The notes under the pieces: generated by a model
Told to the model about the DNA's origin: nothing
What the model saw: the letters and a program-made list of their open reading frames with translations, nothing else
The model's database searches: none
In this document: in pieces, positions 10,312 through 25,300 of the stretch
How the letters are laid out: the number at the start of each line of letters is the position of its first letter
Position numbering within the stretch: position 1 is the first letter of the stretch
From: Antedon mediterranea
Taxonomy: Eukaryota; Animalia; Echinodermata
DNA: 64,000 bases
Direction: 5' to 3'
Assembly: GCF_964355755.1 (NCBI RefSeq)
Contig: NC_092670.1
Coordinates: forward strand, 15,424,795 to 15,488,794
Translations under genes and position numbers: made by a program

Positions 10312-13300
10312 ATGTCACTTAAAACGTTTTTCTCAAAATTGGTCTCCAAATCCACCGAGACTAAAAAACAGCGTGTCGATATAAATAAAGCAGACGACAA
10401 AATACCAGTGCGACAGGTAACACTAGTTGATTATAGCAGTCTGTTGATGCCTGATGATAATGATGATGACGTCATGTCTTATTACCCACATGAGAGGTAT
10501 GAACTAGTTTACGATGATGACGTTATTTCGCGTCCGAAGGAATTACGCGGTGCCGAGGATCTTGAGCGCTATATGATGTCGTTAAACCAACAAAATGTTG
10601 AGATATCAAAAGCACGGAAGAAAGGTAGATATTCAAAACAAAAGAAATATAGAATTAAGAAAAGTAGTTCTTTACAAAATATCTATGATGAATCGTTATC
10701 AAACGATAGGAATATGTCAAGAAATTCTATAGAGAGACTAAATATACGAAACACGGCGTTGTCGAAATCGTATACCGACTTGTCGCAAAGAAACCAAGAA
10801 GAGATTATTAGTCCGCCTGAGGAGTGGAAGACGTTTGATTCGCCAAAGACAATCACTCCTTTAACTCCCGATAAAGATGAAAGAGGTTATCAAATGGATT
10901 CTTTGGAACGAGGCGTTACACTTCGGGATATGCGTCACAGAAAAGAGGAATTTATCAATAGATCTCGACAAGATAAATATTTTGAAAGGAAATCAAAATC
11001 ATTCGAAAAACAGAATTCCGGAGAAGAATGGTCATATTCGACACCACGCTCAGGAAGTGACAGTAGGGCCTCATCAAGGAAATCTATTCTTCGACAAAAC
11101 AGTTTGTCGACGTCTTCATCATCTGGTGTAAAGAGTCATGACGGATTGGTTGCTGATGGTGTTGTAAGCAGACCACCTTCTGGTCTTGCGTCAAGGTCTC
11201 AAGCAAGTCCTTTCTATGATGGTGCAAGAACACCTAGGAAAAGTGACGTCATGGATTCGTTTAGGGCTTCAATGGAAATATACATGAAAGGTTTAGTATT
11301 TCAGTTTATTTTGACATCAGTACAGTATTTAATTTGATTTAGTTTAACCTCTAAGCACTCGCAATGTTATTCAAGTTCATCGGGAAAAGTTTTTTTTATG
11401 ATACTGTGATATTTCATTTTTTCAATATAGCGCCACCAATTTTATATTTTTACGCATGCGCTTATACTTAAAAATGTGCCATCAAAATAAAAAAAAAATA
11501 TTCAAAGGGGTTACCTTTAACATACGATGGAAATTATACAGCAGATTTTAATATTATATTCCTCGTCGTTTTGGATTAGATATTACATTTATTGATTAAA
11601 AATGAACAGTAGATAAGGTAGGTAAGAAATTGTAGAATTTAGGAAGCTCGTATTTTGTAATTACAAGTAGTAAATTCCGATGCATTGAGTGAAGAGTTAA
11701 CCTGCCTGCTGCTGCTGCAGCTGGTGGCAAAGCAAAGTGTCACCCGAGGCATTCGCTCAATTTGGGCGGGTTTGTTCAGAGAACAGTCGCCGCCGTCTAG
11801 CAGGCCTAGCCTTGACCAGGCCTAAGCCTAGGCATAGTAGTAATGTCAATAATAATAATAACTGAGCTTCTTAGGCTAAGCCAAGAAACTGTTGTAGGCC
11901 CTAGGGGCTAGGCCTAGATAGTATAGGCACGCCGCCTAAGTCCAGCCAGGTACTAATAATTAGGCACACAGGTAGTATAAGTAAAAAAAGTTATATTCAT
12001 TCTTGTGTTGTGAATTTTTGGTTGGTTGATGTTGTACAGTATATGTAGACACTGCTGGGTGGGGCCTAGCCATGGCCCTAGCTACTGTATTTCTTATTTC
12101 GCTGTGGCTAATAAGATACGGTACCGTATTCTAACTTCTGTTTACTAAATAAAGGTACGGTAAAATTGCATTACAGTACGTCCTAATTAGCCAGTGAGGT
12201 GCTGGTACGTGTTTTGACTTCATCGTATAAGGACTTGGGATTTTTTTTTCATATATCGCGTCTGTACAGTAGAGAATGCCTATTGGCGGCGCATGAATGT
12301 GTGTGTGCTGATGAAGGTTTATTTTGATTCATCCTATTTAGGCCTAGGCCTATATTTTTTATTAAATTTTACAGATAGTGACCATAAACAACAAGCAAAT
12401 GCGGACAATAAAGGGGCCCTCAAATACTATGATTTAGACAGTAGCCCCAGGGCTGAGTCACAGAAATCAGCGCACACATGCAGCTGGTCCCAGCCTGGCA
12501 CAGCTTTCCCTACACAAACAAATTCATTCTGTATAATGAGGTTATATATAGTACGTAGTAAGTAAGCCTAGGCCTCTTTTGAAACGGTTTTCTGTATTCT
12601 AGAATTAAAATCAACCGGTTTTGGCTTTTCAATAATAACAGACATAGGCTACATTTAGTTTTTGTCACACACGACGGCGATAATAATAGCGATAAATGAA
12701 GCATAATAAAAATGCGGTTGATCACTGTTTTCGCGATATAAAAAAAAAATCCAAAGTCCTTATACGCACACACACACACGTACCAGCACCCCATTGGCTG
12801 GTCATGACGCAATACAATTTTACCGTACCTTTAGCAAATGGAAGTTAGGATATGGTACCGTATCTTTAGCCACTGCGTTCTTATTTTTATACTAGTAAAT
12901 AATCGTGCAACTTTATTTTTTTAATCTGTAGATTCTGGTGGTAATAAACCCAGTATCAGGTCGAGAGAGTTAGTAGTAGAGCCCCCTAAACGACGCCCAC
13001 AATCTCTACACATGCCATACAGCATGGATGGGGGTCAACATGAAACCAATGGTTTGGACGATTCATCCTCTGAAAGTGTTTTTGAGCTGGTACCGTTTGA
13101 TAGCTACAATGTGACAAAGGTAAAGTTTGCATACTAATTTAACATATTTAATTTATTAATTGTTCATTGATACAGTACAGTATGTGATTTAATTTGATTT
13201 ATGAACATTTATTATATTTAAATTCTCACTGAAATGTACATGTAGCATATAAAAAAGAACATTCAGTGAAGTATGGGACAAACAGGTGCTAGGTAGACAC

Positions 13301-16300
13301 CTCTAGAGTGGTCCAATCACAAATTGCACAGTGAGTATTGAAAAGGTTTATAACATTAATATTTAAATAAATATTTAAGTATAAAAGTAAGTTATAAATT
13401 TGTAATATTCAAGATTTAAGTTGGCCGACATTTACAGCAGCGACAACAGGACACCCATGTGCACGTATTGGCAGTTTCATACGTATTGGTAAATAAGTCG
13501 TTAAAATATTGGTATAGAATTGGTTGATGGAGAAATGAACACTTTTCTAAAAGTTCTTTTATTTTAGACTGTAGAAAAAATGCGACATTGTTCAACTGTG
13601 CAAACCCTAAAAACCTGTGCAAACCCTAAACCTGTGCAAACCCTAAAAACCTGTGCAAACCCTAAAAACCTGTGCAAACCCTAAAAACCTGTGCAAACCC
13701 TAAAAACCTGTGCAAACCCTAAAAACCTGTGCAAACCCTAAAAACCTGTGCAAACCCTAAAAACCTGTGCAAACCCTAAAAACCTGTGCAAACCTCCTCC
13801 AAACCAAATGTATTTTACTGTACTATTGTATTATCGTTGTTCGTTATCATCCTACAGTATAGAACTAATACATACAGTACTGGATTAGTGCCAGTTTTTT
13901 TTGTATTACTATCTGTCAATCTGACTATCTGTCAAAACCCACACTATATTACATTACATTGTACTGTAGTATAAGATACAGTATGTACTCGTACTGCTGT
14001 ATGTGTACAAAAAGTATGTTGAAATAATAGTTACAGTGTTATTCAAACTCATTTTGTGTTTCTAGTGACAAATTTTAAAAATAGAACACATTTTGTTATA
14101 ATCGTATCAAATAGTCCAAAATAGATTTTGCATTACTCATTTAACCATCAATGTAACTAAAGGTGTAAATATTTATTATGGATAGCTACAGTATAGAGAG
14201 TATGCAAGTGAATTCAGCTGTTGAATATTCAATCACACGCCGTCGTTGACGACCCAGCCAAATTCGTCCAGCAATTCTGGAAGCCGTGTTCACGCTTAAT
14301 AAACGCATTAATGTGTACATGTTCCCTGATGTATGATTGTCATGCTACTGTATAATAATAACAAAAAGACACATTTTGAGCATTGTTTATTTTGTTTATT
14401 TGTTGTGTCACAAGCACTGTGAATAGATATCATGGTATTCAATTGTCTGCAATAATAGGGATATATTTCATTAGTCAAATAGACGTGACAGTCTATTTTG
14501 TTTTACTTTAGTGTTTGCAGGTCTTAGCAAACAGAATGTATTTGACTTTTACTTCCTTTGGCTACATTTTCACAATTAATTCAGAATTTGTTTACAGTTA
14601 AAAGCTTCAAATAATTGTCTTATGCAAACAACATGAACTATAATAACATCTAACTTTATAACAGCTTTATACCATGTACTAGTGCTGTGTTACACTTACA
14701 GAGTATCAATCAAAAGTGATTAACATGGCAAGGGTATAGCTAGAGTATTCTAGGGATGGGTGTTGAGGAGTTTGTGGGTGGTGTGCAAAATTGAAAACAT
14801 TTTACTGTACTTTCACAGTTTAATGTATACTGTACTCAGACTGTAGCTGAGTGCAGTGTTTCCAAACACAATTAAACCTAATTTAAATACTAATTGTCAA
14901 TGTCATTAGTCTGGGAAGTTATTAAATTATAAGTTAAAACAGTATCTATTATGGATATACAGTATTTGACATAGATTTCTAACATGTCTACAGTATGTTA
15001 ATACAAAATCAATAGATTGACAGGTCCCTGAATAGAACGATGAAATATGAATAAATTAGTTTAATAAATTGAATAAATCATGAATTGATTGGCCAATCAA
15101 ATTTGAAGTTATTGTTTGTAATCCATTTGACCTAGATTATCTGTTGCTAAATTGCCATTCATTGTTTGATTTCAATCAGACCATACAGGTATGCACAATT
15201 TTGTAGCCATGGCATACCTGTAGAACATAATGCACAGGACTGTACTGTATGCAGTATCAATTGAATTGAACACAAAACATACATTCTGCTGGTTGTGTAC
15301 TTTATGCTAATCACAAATTGTAATGTCTATGAGTGCCACTTACCTGGATGAACCGACACTAGCACCTCCTTACAAAGTGGGAAACAACATGAAAGTTGTT
15401 AGTGGAATTACTGTACCCTAATGAGTCCGCTATTGCACTCACCTCTAGTGAGAGCATCCCAACCTACCAGTAGGCACTTTTTTTGTACGCATTTTGCTAA
15501 ATATTCTTTTCATATCTTTAAGTTCGTGGGAAAGAGGCTTGTCGGTTTATCCAAGTAAGTAACCATAGTGTATGTGAATTGAATGCATTGCTTAATAATC
15601 ATAATGAATTATAACTAATTGCACTGATTACACCCACTATGTATAGTGTATACTGTAGCATGGTATCTTGATCTTGATCTCAAGTACACCAGCAGTGTAA
15701 AGTCAACTGTTTTCAGACACGGCCATGTGAAGAACACAGCTATAATGAACAATAACTGAAGTCTGTCTAAATACCATAAAATCCTTAATTTGTTAGCAAA
15801 TGTACAGTATGCTTATTTTACGCTAATGAGTATCATTGATGTGTACTGTGTTACAGCAATTACTGTGTTTATTTCAGTATTTACATGCATGAAGAAGAAA
15901 CTCAACCAAACCGCCACTGGAATGTGATCATTTATGGAACAGGTTGAAATTTTAAAAGTGAAAGTTTAAAAAAAAAGTGTAATAGATGAATTTTATAGTA
16001 TAAGCAGCTTTACGTTAGGGAGCTACAGTATATATTAAAGTTAATTGTTCTAATCTAATGTTGTAAACTGCATACTGTATTCAGTGAGTTGAAAACAGAT
16101 GGGGACTTGTACCCACAACCTCCAGATGACCAAGTTCATGAACACATACTGTAAACCACCAAGGCTTGCGCTGATAGGTAGAAGTACAGTAAGATACTGT
16201 AGGAGTCCAAGGAAGTTAAATATAATTTAATAAACTATTTTTGTACTTTTTTATGCTTAATCAACTGACCCAGAATAGGACACAACCCAGGCTGGAATCA

Positions 16301-19300
16301 TGTATCCAATTTTATGATGCATTGTTATAAATTAGGATCTCTCAAGAAATAATCAAAACCTTTTCTGAACATTAAGTTTATAACACTTTGATGCACCCTT
16401 TACTATTTAAAATTCTGTAGTACAGTGTGTATTATTCTTTTCTAATAAACAGATTAGTTTTTAATATATTTTCCAATCTGATCATGCAAAGAACCTGACA
16501 GTCCTGAGTGACGCCTTAAAACACAACCATGTATTACAATCAACTGAGAATGAGTAACTTGATTTATGATATTTGAATTTGAGGATATTTTATAAGCTCA
16601 CATAGTAAAGCCAAATGTAAATTGGGAAATGGTGAGTCATATGTTATTAGTAGGAAAATCTTGCATTACATGTACACTGAGTTATCCATAACCAAATTAC
16701 ACAACTGTTTTTTATGTTGTCATTAGACTATCCAGGTGCATACAGTACTGTACATACACACTGTTTAATAATATCTGGATGGATTTGAAAATCCTTCAAA
16801 CCACATTTGTTGAGTCACAAATTTGATTATTCAATGGATAACCTCCTCGTGGATAAATCTCAACTGTTTTCTCCATGAGAATAAAAGTACAAGAAAAATA
16901 CAGATACTGTGTAAACAGTGAGATGAGTTGGGATTTCATTGGCAAACCTGTCTTTTATTTACTCAAACAGCTCACATTTCTCATTGATTACATACTTATA
17001 AGAAAAGAAATTATTTACCAATTTCTATTGAATAAACATGTTTTGACAGTAACCTACATGTATAGTTTGCAACATACAGTACCACCCCCTGAGGTCAAAT
17101 CCTTTCGCAAGTAGCCAGTTGTTGCAACGACTGGTACAAATTTACATATTTAAGTGTTATTCCTACTGTACATTACAAAGTATTTGGCCCAGTTTGCTGT
17201 AATTAAGTGTAAAGTCCTGTATGTTTCGTCGGATATAAATTAAATTGGTTTATCGATACAGTATTTTCTGAAACGTGGACCTTTTTTGTCATTATATACA
17301 GTAACATTATTTTGTCTTTGTACAGTATTCAAGTTTACTATTATTTTGTAATATGTTCCCTTTCAACCATCAAACTGTACATTATGAGTGTACAGTAATA
17401 CCACCAATTTGAGTAAACATATCATTGTACTCTCTTTATGTACAATAGTATTAGTTAGTACAGTATTTATTTATATATAAAATGGTTGCATGCATATAGT
17501 AATGCCGGTAAAATACTGTTAGTTAATACTATAGTGATAATTCTCTCTTCTTCCCACAGCAGCCATCATTGATCTTTCACAAATCAATGCTTACAGAATA
17601 ATTCAATTATATTTCTAGCTACTGTATCGCGCTCTAAAAATGTTTATTCTTTGTGGAGTGAATTAATCAAATATGATTAGGATATATTTTAGCTCGTCTT
17701 TCAATTTTTATAGAGTTCATATTATTCAATATTATTTACAGTTTTTGTTCTCTTGCCAAAATCTGGAATTTTAAAGAGACCATGTCAAGATTATTCGTCT
17801 GCAGTAACTGCATTTTACTCTGAACATTTTTCCAGACTTGGGGGAAGGGGGTAGTTACTGTACAGGTTGCGCTGCGTGAGGGCCTCTAGTTTCATTGAAA
17901 CATCATATTAATATTATTGCCGTAAAAAAATGTAGTTAATTTTGACATGATCCTTTTAGAAGTGTTTCCAAGCAATTATGGTAGGCGATTGTTTTGGTCA
18001 ACCTTGTTTAAATACTGGTTTAATTAATTTATCAATAAATCCGTACATTTCTAAAATAAACATAAACGCAGGCTCATTAATGTACAGTATGAATCAGCAT
18101 TTGTTGAAATGGTTTTTGGGAGTTGGCTACTACCTGTATGTATAATATATAGTAGTAGTAGTAGCCAATGGGCCACAGAAATAGCTATAGAGGAAGTGAT
18201 CACTTGACTTTTGAACAATATCATTGATCATCTAATGATTAAACAACAATAATGTATTGATACAGACTGTGTATTTATTACATTTATAAAATCTGCATTG
18301 TTTGAAGTTAAAAATTATGATATCATAATAATGATACATCATCAAAACAATAGTCATATGACGCTGTACAGTACTTAATTATAATTTCAAATGACAAGCA
18401 GTTCATATTAATTATTAGTCATTAGGAATATTGCAATTTAAATTTATGCGATGACGAAATTCTATATGATATTGAGACCATTTTTAAGGCTGTGCTTTGT
18501 TAAAAGAAGCCAAGTACATTATCTACTTAAAATAATGATAAGATTAATGTTAAAGACCCCTTCCCTGCAATTTTGGACGTTTTTTGGAAAATAATACATA
18601 TATATCACTTTAAAAACATTAAACCATGTCATTCCTTGTCTTAAATGTACGTTTTATGGTAAATTATGATAAAAAGTGAGAAACAATGCACTACCTAAGT
18701 AGCTCGCGGCGATCGACCTCTCGTGGACGGTCTTAGGCCTAGCCTAGCTAGGCTTAGTTTTGTAGGCCTAGCTAGTAAACATCGATAACGTACGAACATC
18801 GTACGCTAGCTATATACCTAGCCCGACGTTGTATAGTTGCTGCATTAATTGTCTTTCTATTTTTGCCAGACTCCGTTGATACAAATTGGGGAAAACCCGG
18901 TATTTTCGCTGAAAAGTTAGGAGTCTTCCATTTGTTTTGGCTTCACGATCGATCGAAAAGTGGGCGAATTACAGGTGAAAAACAAAAATATCAATCCGCG
19001 CGCAATGCATTTTGGGATTTATAGCGGGCCGCTATAATTATTAGAATCGATTTATTTTTCACATTTTTAACCGTTTAAAGACGAAAAAAGTTATCGCAAT
19101 AGGACCATATAGTATTATTTTTACATTAAATATAGTTTGTGATCTTAAATTAGATCTAAAAAACGTAGGGAATGGGGCTTTAAGCATCACACCAAGTGCT
19201 CAATAATGCATGCTACAGTAAGTTTCTTTAGGACTCTGGAAAAAGGATTATTGTAGATTGAATTCTACTAGCCCATTATACAATATTATATGCCAGCCCA

Positions 19301-22300
19301 GTGTATAATACTGTACTTCTGACCTAGAAAATACAATGAAAACCTCTATCACTAGCCAACTTGTTTTAGCACCAGTTCTAAGTACCTGGGAGCTACAATT
19401 AAAAGGCACAATATTGGCCAGTAAAGACTTTCAGCTAAACCCAATGGTCTAGTCTGAAAAAAGATGTTTAAAACAACTCTACTATTTCAGCTTAGACAAC
19501 TTGAATATAAATAACTAAAACAGTAAACACTAATTGAATAAGATTATATTCACATGATGTAACTTTCTGTGTTTTGTTTTTTTCAGTCCAAGACAAGAGC
19601 GTCGTTACTCTGGTTGATTCACCAAGCCTATCGATTTGGACAACTTCCACCTGACCTTGATGACCCGTTCTTCAAAGATAAAGATGTAAGTTACTGTACA
19701 GGCCCGTAGCCAGGGGGGGTTTTTATGGTTCGGGCGAACCCCCCCTTTACAGGGAACCCCCCTTAACCGACTACGAACCCCCATTCCCGACATGCCCAAT
19801 ACCTCACCCTCATCCCCGAAAATCCTCTAAATACGTGCCCCACAGTACAAAAGGTTGTTTGTAAATTGAAAAATTCGTAAACTCGTTCGTGAATAACTCA
19901 TACAGTACCTTCTTCCCTGTATGAGCGTACTTCGAGCGATACTGTACGTGTCTGTAAATGAATTGCCAAATATAACCTGAAAAATAAATGTTTGGTTCCT
20001 GCATATGTAACATGATATTGACGCGTCTCAGAGCGAACTGGGGCACGAACGATTCGTACAAAGGACACCGCCCGACAACTGCCTACCTATTGTTTAGATC
20101 ACTGGCAGTCAGCATGCATAAAGTATATAGCCTTCCAACGTACATTAGTATTTATGTGTAGCTTTGAGTATAATGTATCATCATCATAGAGGATTATAGT
20201 GAATTATTAATATATTACACTATAATATCTATGGTATCATGTACTGTAGTTCACATTATGGCATCCGATTATTTTTTTCTAGACCACCACCAGCCGATAC
20301 ATACTCAAAACTGTATCAATAACACCTATTTACATTGGCATATTTAATTTCATCAACAAATTGCTGTAAATAAATATTATAGATAGAGCTATAATTATGA
20401 ATTGCATTTGCCTTCACCCAGTGTGCTTTCGGGGCTTCTCTTAGACGTACGTTCGCATTGAACTTGAACGCAAAACAAAATACCGACTGAATTATCAAAC
20501 AATCGGCAGTTCCGCACACAGCACGCGCATCTAACATACGGCAACAAATGTTATCGTCCTTAAAGCGTGGTTCTTCTCACTAGAACGCAACGTAGAGACG
20601 TATCGATGCAAAGTGCTGTATTAAGTAATCATAAGTGGGAACCGATGACGCAATAGTGCTGCAAACGTCGTAGGTTTAATTTCACGCAGGCGGGGGAAAA
20701 CACAATTATTATTGGAAGGGCATTTGCTTAGATTTGCGTAGATTGCGTTACGTTGCGTCGCTAGTGGGAACCAAGCTTTAAATAGTCCACGAGTCCAAGT
20801 ACGATCGTTTTGCTGCATGAGAGTGTCTTTTCCGGCCATCTAGGGGTGTCATTTAACAAAATTCGCTTCGCCTCAATCTTGGTATATTTTAATCAACAAA
20901 TAAATATATAGAACTGTACAAATGTAAAAAGTATGAATATTACAACTATTGAAGCCCACAGAACTGAATTACGGTAATAATATACATCAAACTAACAATA
21001 CATCAACACATACTAAAAAAACTAATATGAAAATACAATACAATAAAGTATAAAGAAAATACATAAAAATGTTATGAACTACAGTAAAAATCTACGAAAA
21101 TAACAGCATGCTTGCCATGATAAAACCCTTGTAAATTAATTTAGAACTCTCTATGGTAGTAGCCAATCAAAATGTGCACTGTAGCGTAACAGATCGCTTG
21201 ATGTCAAAGCAATCATTGTACTGTACAACATAGCCAGTTTTGTTGTAAGATGATGTCTGGTTTAGGTAGTATTTAATTTCCTTCTAATAATACATCGAGA
21301 TAAATAATACTATAGTCAACTATTTGGGCAGTTATATATTCTATCATCATCATCTGTTAATTTCACCATTGTTATGGTCATCATGTCCAGCATTGTACTG
21401 TCCTCTCATGTCATTGTCATCCTCATCGTCATCGTCATCTCATCATCATCTCATCATCATCTTCATCATTGTTTTGCTGTTACCATTTCATCATCTTTTT
21501 CAGTAGCAGCATCAGTCATACTGTAATATAATTAAATAATCTGTTTGCAATTGCTTGATTGCTTGATGTTTAAACATCTAGTATGCTTGCTAGGCAAAGG
21601 TAATTAATAATGTTCCCAGCAGAGATATTAGCTAATATGCTTTTTTGACCTATCATGGAAAATCTTCTTGTCAGTAATTTATGTTATCACTTTGTATTGA
21701 GTTTTTTACCAATGATTTTCCTTATAAATTCAAATCATATAAAATTATTTTTGATTTTATTTTCACAGGGGAACGATCACCTTAAACCCTTGATCATCAA
21801 ACTGCTAGGCTCCAGTGAGCTATATTGCAAGGCTGGCCAACAAGTATTCAATAGCAAAGATCAGCCCTGGACAACCCATATGAGTGTAATGCAGGCCCTG
21901 TCACGTAGAGGTATCTATGTCTTGGACGAGAGCGACCAGCCTGTGACAGATCTTGTACTATCGAAAACTGCCAAGATAAAATTAGTAAGTTGTTACAATA
22001 ATGGCATCAAAGTGCTTTAGTTGTTGTAAACTTAGCACTGGTTACAGTGTACATGCCTAAAGGGTCTTTCACACCTGTTCTGGCGCATGGCATGTTTTGT
22101 TTTGATGACGCTCCACATGGCTATGCATCAATCGATATTAACGTAGCCACATGAAAATGAAACATTGACGTTCAATTTTATTTTCTGGTGCCAGAACAGA
22201 GGTTAAAAACCCCTACAGTATTGACAAGGATACAGTCCTGAGCTCTGACTTTCCAAAACTGACTTCAACCCAAACACTGATTTTCAGAATGGGGAATATG

Positions 22301-25300
22301 AGAAAGTTCAAAATTCTCATTACCGTACAGGTATACAGTAGAACCCCTATTACGGGGACACCTTTGGTAAAAAAAGTAATTTGTCCAAATGAAACATTTC
22401 AACTAAGAAAATAACATAAAATTTCAAATTATTTTTGATATTTTTAAGATGAAAATGTATTGTATGTGATACATGATCCATTATGATTTATTTTTAATCT
22501 GAATGAATGCATACAAATTGTATTATTTTGTGAATAGTTTGTAATTTTTCCATACATTAACTACAAATAGTTTAATCTACTTTACTCGACACTCCTATGC
22601 AATATGTATAATGAGCTAGGTGTACTGTTTCTTTGACATTTGTTTTAGTGCGTAATTAACTACATAAATTATGTTTGTCTAGCCCGCCCACCTTGCTATG
22701 ATGGACGCCTTGATGATGGCTTATGCATCTGAGCTTGTCACTGTTGAGAAAATAGTCCATGCTGTCAGGTAGGTGTTTTAACAGCTTTTAATGTCTCAAC
22801 ACTTTTATTATAGGATTAGTTAAAGGGTTAGAATTGTGTATGTGTTTGACATTATTTATGAACCTATTATTCATAAAATATATTCTATTTTTAAAATAAA
22901 TTAATTGTTTTCTTTGATGATGCTGTTAGTGTAATATTCTATATTTTGTTATATTTTGCTTTGAATATTAAAAAAGTAATAATACATAATCCAATAATTA
23001 TGCTGTCTCAACACATTTTTAGAGACTTTTATTAAGCTCTGTCTACACTATCAAACTTTATATGAAAAAAAAAGTGATGTGCCAATATAATAATGGACAC
23101 GATGATGTCATATCACTACCATATTTGGACATATCACTACCATACTTGGGCACATCACACTTTTTTTTTCGAACTTGTTTGATAGTGTAGACAGAGCTTA
23201 AGACATGGCTTTAGTTATGTTTAAGCTGCTGGAGCTAATTCAGTCCAGTCCTGAGTAGTCAAAACATCAGGCCATAGATGTAGTTTGATTCCAATGTCAT
23301 TGAAAACGTCCTGTATAATCTATTGTTCAAATTGTCCCTAGCTTAAATTGTCATTGTTTTGAGGATAATGCTTGTCATATACATGATTGCCTAACCTGTA
23401 TGCAGACCGTTTAAATCGTGTTTACGCTTGAATGACTCAATGCTTCCATTTGACTATAGAGGGCATTTTATGGAGACTGAAAGCTTACCAAATTTGTGCA
23501 ATACCCATATATGGACAGGATGATGCTATAATGCTAAATATCTATGTCTCACTGTTGTTAAACCTCAAAAGATTTGATTCTTTATGTATTTTTGTCTGAG
23601 AGCTAGCACAATTTCTATCCATCTCTCAATTACTGTAACTATTTTGTTATTATTATCATCATCATCATCATCATTTCATACCACTGCATGGAAAAGTCAT
23701 GTATCACATGTGATGCCTGTATCACAGGCCATAAGCTTAATCTAACCCGAACCTTAATATACAAGTAAATGTGATACATGTGACACTGTATTACAGCATT
23801 TGCATATGATACTAGACATACGAATAGAACTTTCTTGCAATCAAACGAAAGATTGAAGTTTAACAAAAGCGTTTCACTCAGAACAATAAAATGCAATATA
23901 AAAATATAAAAGACATTTAGAAAGGTAGAACATACAATCAAAATATTAAAACAAAATTACAATAAAATATCACTTAATATAAAAACAATAAATATATATT
24001 CAAAATGTTAAAAACAAGTTTAACTGAAAACATCTGAATATTGATATAGGCGTGCATTATAAAAATGTAAAAGTTTTAAAAAAATTTTACAAATTTAAAA
24101 AATGTTAAAAACTTCAAAAATTTTCAAAAATATTTATACACAATGGTACGGAAGGTCGCTGAAACATAACACTAAATGTTTACCATTTTTGGAATAGTCC
24201 GTGATTAATAATAAACGTTTTTGAACGGTTAGTTTTAACTCTAGGGATACAGAACTCACGGAGTCTTCTAAGATTATAAGCAGCAGAAGGAGCCTCCGGT
24301 AACAAATGATTCAATCTGTGACTGGGGTCTTTGATTTTAACGAAAAAATCCTTGCACAGTCGAACACGGCGGTCTTCTAAGGTAGAAAAACCAAGGAAGC
24401 TGCGGGCATCGGAATAAGTAGCATGCGGAAAAATACATTTAAAGGCCCTTCTCTGAATTGGTTCAAGTTGTTGACTCTGTTGCTTCGTAATTTATAGACA
24501 TAAAATACCATACACGTGGAGATACACTACAGATGATTGGGTGCAATTTCTATGTATTTTTTATATGCAAATGGAAAATAGAAATAATACTTACCACTTA
24601 TTTATTTACTAAATGTACAGAAAGTTCACCACTTTCAATGCATCCAGTGAGTTGCCCTTTGACCTAGAGGATGGATTGTTATTCTGGTTGAATAAGGTCG
24701 CACACACAACACAGCAGATAATGGAGAAAAGACTACGAGAACAGCAGCAGCATTACATTGATAACCCCATGCACAAGGTAAGGCATCAATGACTTTTTTG
24801 TACAAACAGAATTGCAAGCATAACATTCACACCATGCATTTACAAGAGAATTTGCCTGACTATACCCCTTTCTCATTACAAAACTCTAAAGCTCAAAAAC
24901 TCAAAAAAGGTGATGTGCCCATATGGACATGATGATGTCATATCACTACCATATTTGGGCATATCACTGCTAAAGTTTATGCAACAATAACTTTAGAGTT
25001 TTGCCAGGCAATGTGAAAGGAGTACTTTGTTGCCCTCTGTGTCTTCTGTTTCAAACTTTAATAACAAGTTTGGAGCAACTTGTTTTACTCTCAATGTTCT
25101 CAGATGCTAATATATTTACTGAAAACAAAACAAAATTGCTAGTGCCTAGCGGCACATCCCAGATATTGGAAACGCATCAAGCTAGCTATGATCACTAATG
25201 CTACCCATAAACCACCCTTAGAATCACTTTAGAACAAGACCAATCTTAAACTTTACAGATTTAATATGGTATTGCAATGGTTTTCTATTTACAGATAAGA

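Noticed and set aside
13597-13795. CCCTAAA (plant-type telomere unit) within the 19-bp repeat
   Set aside because: It occurs once per 19-bp unit, not as a contiguous telomeric tract.
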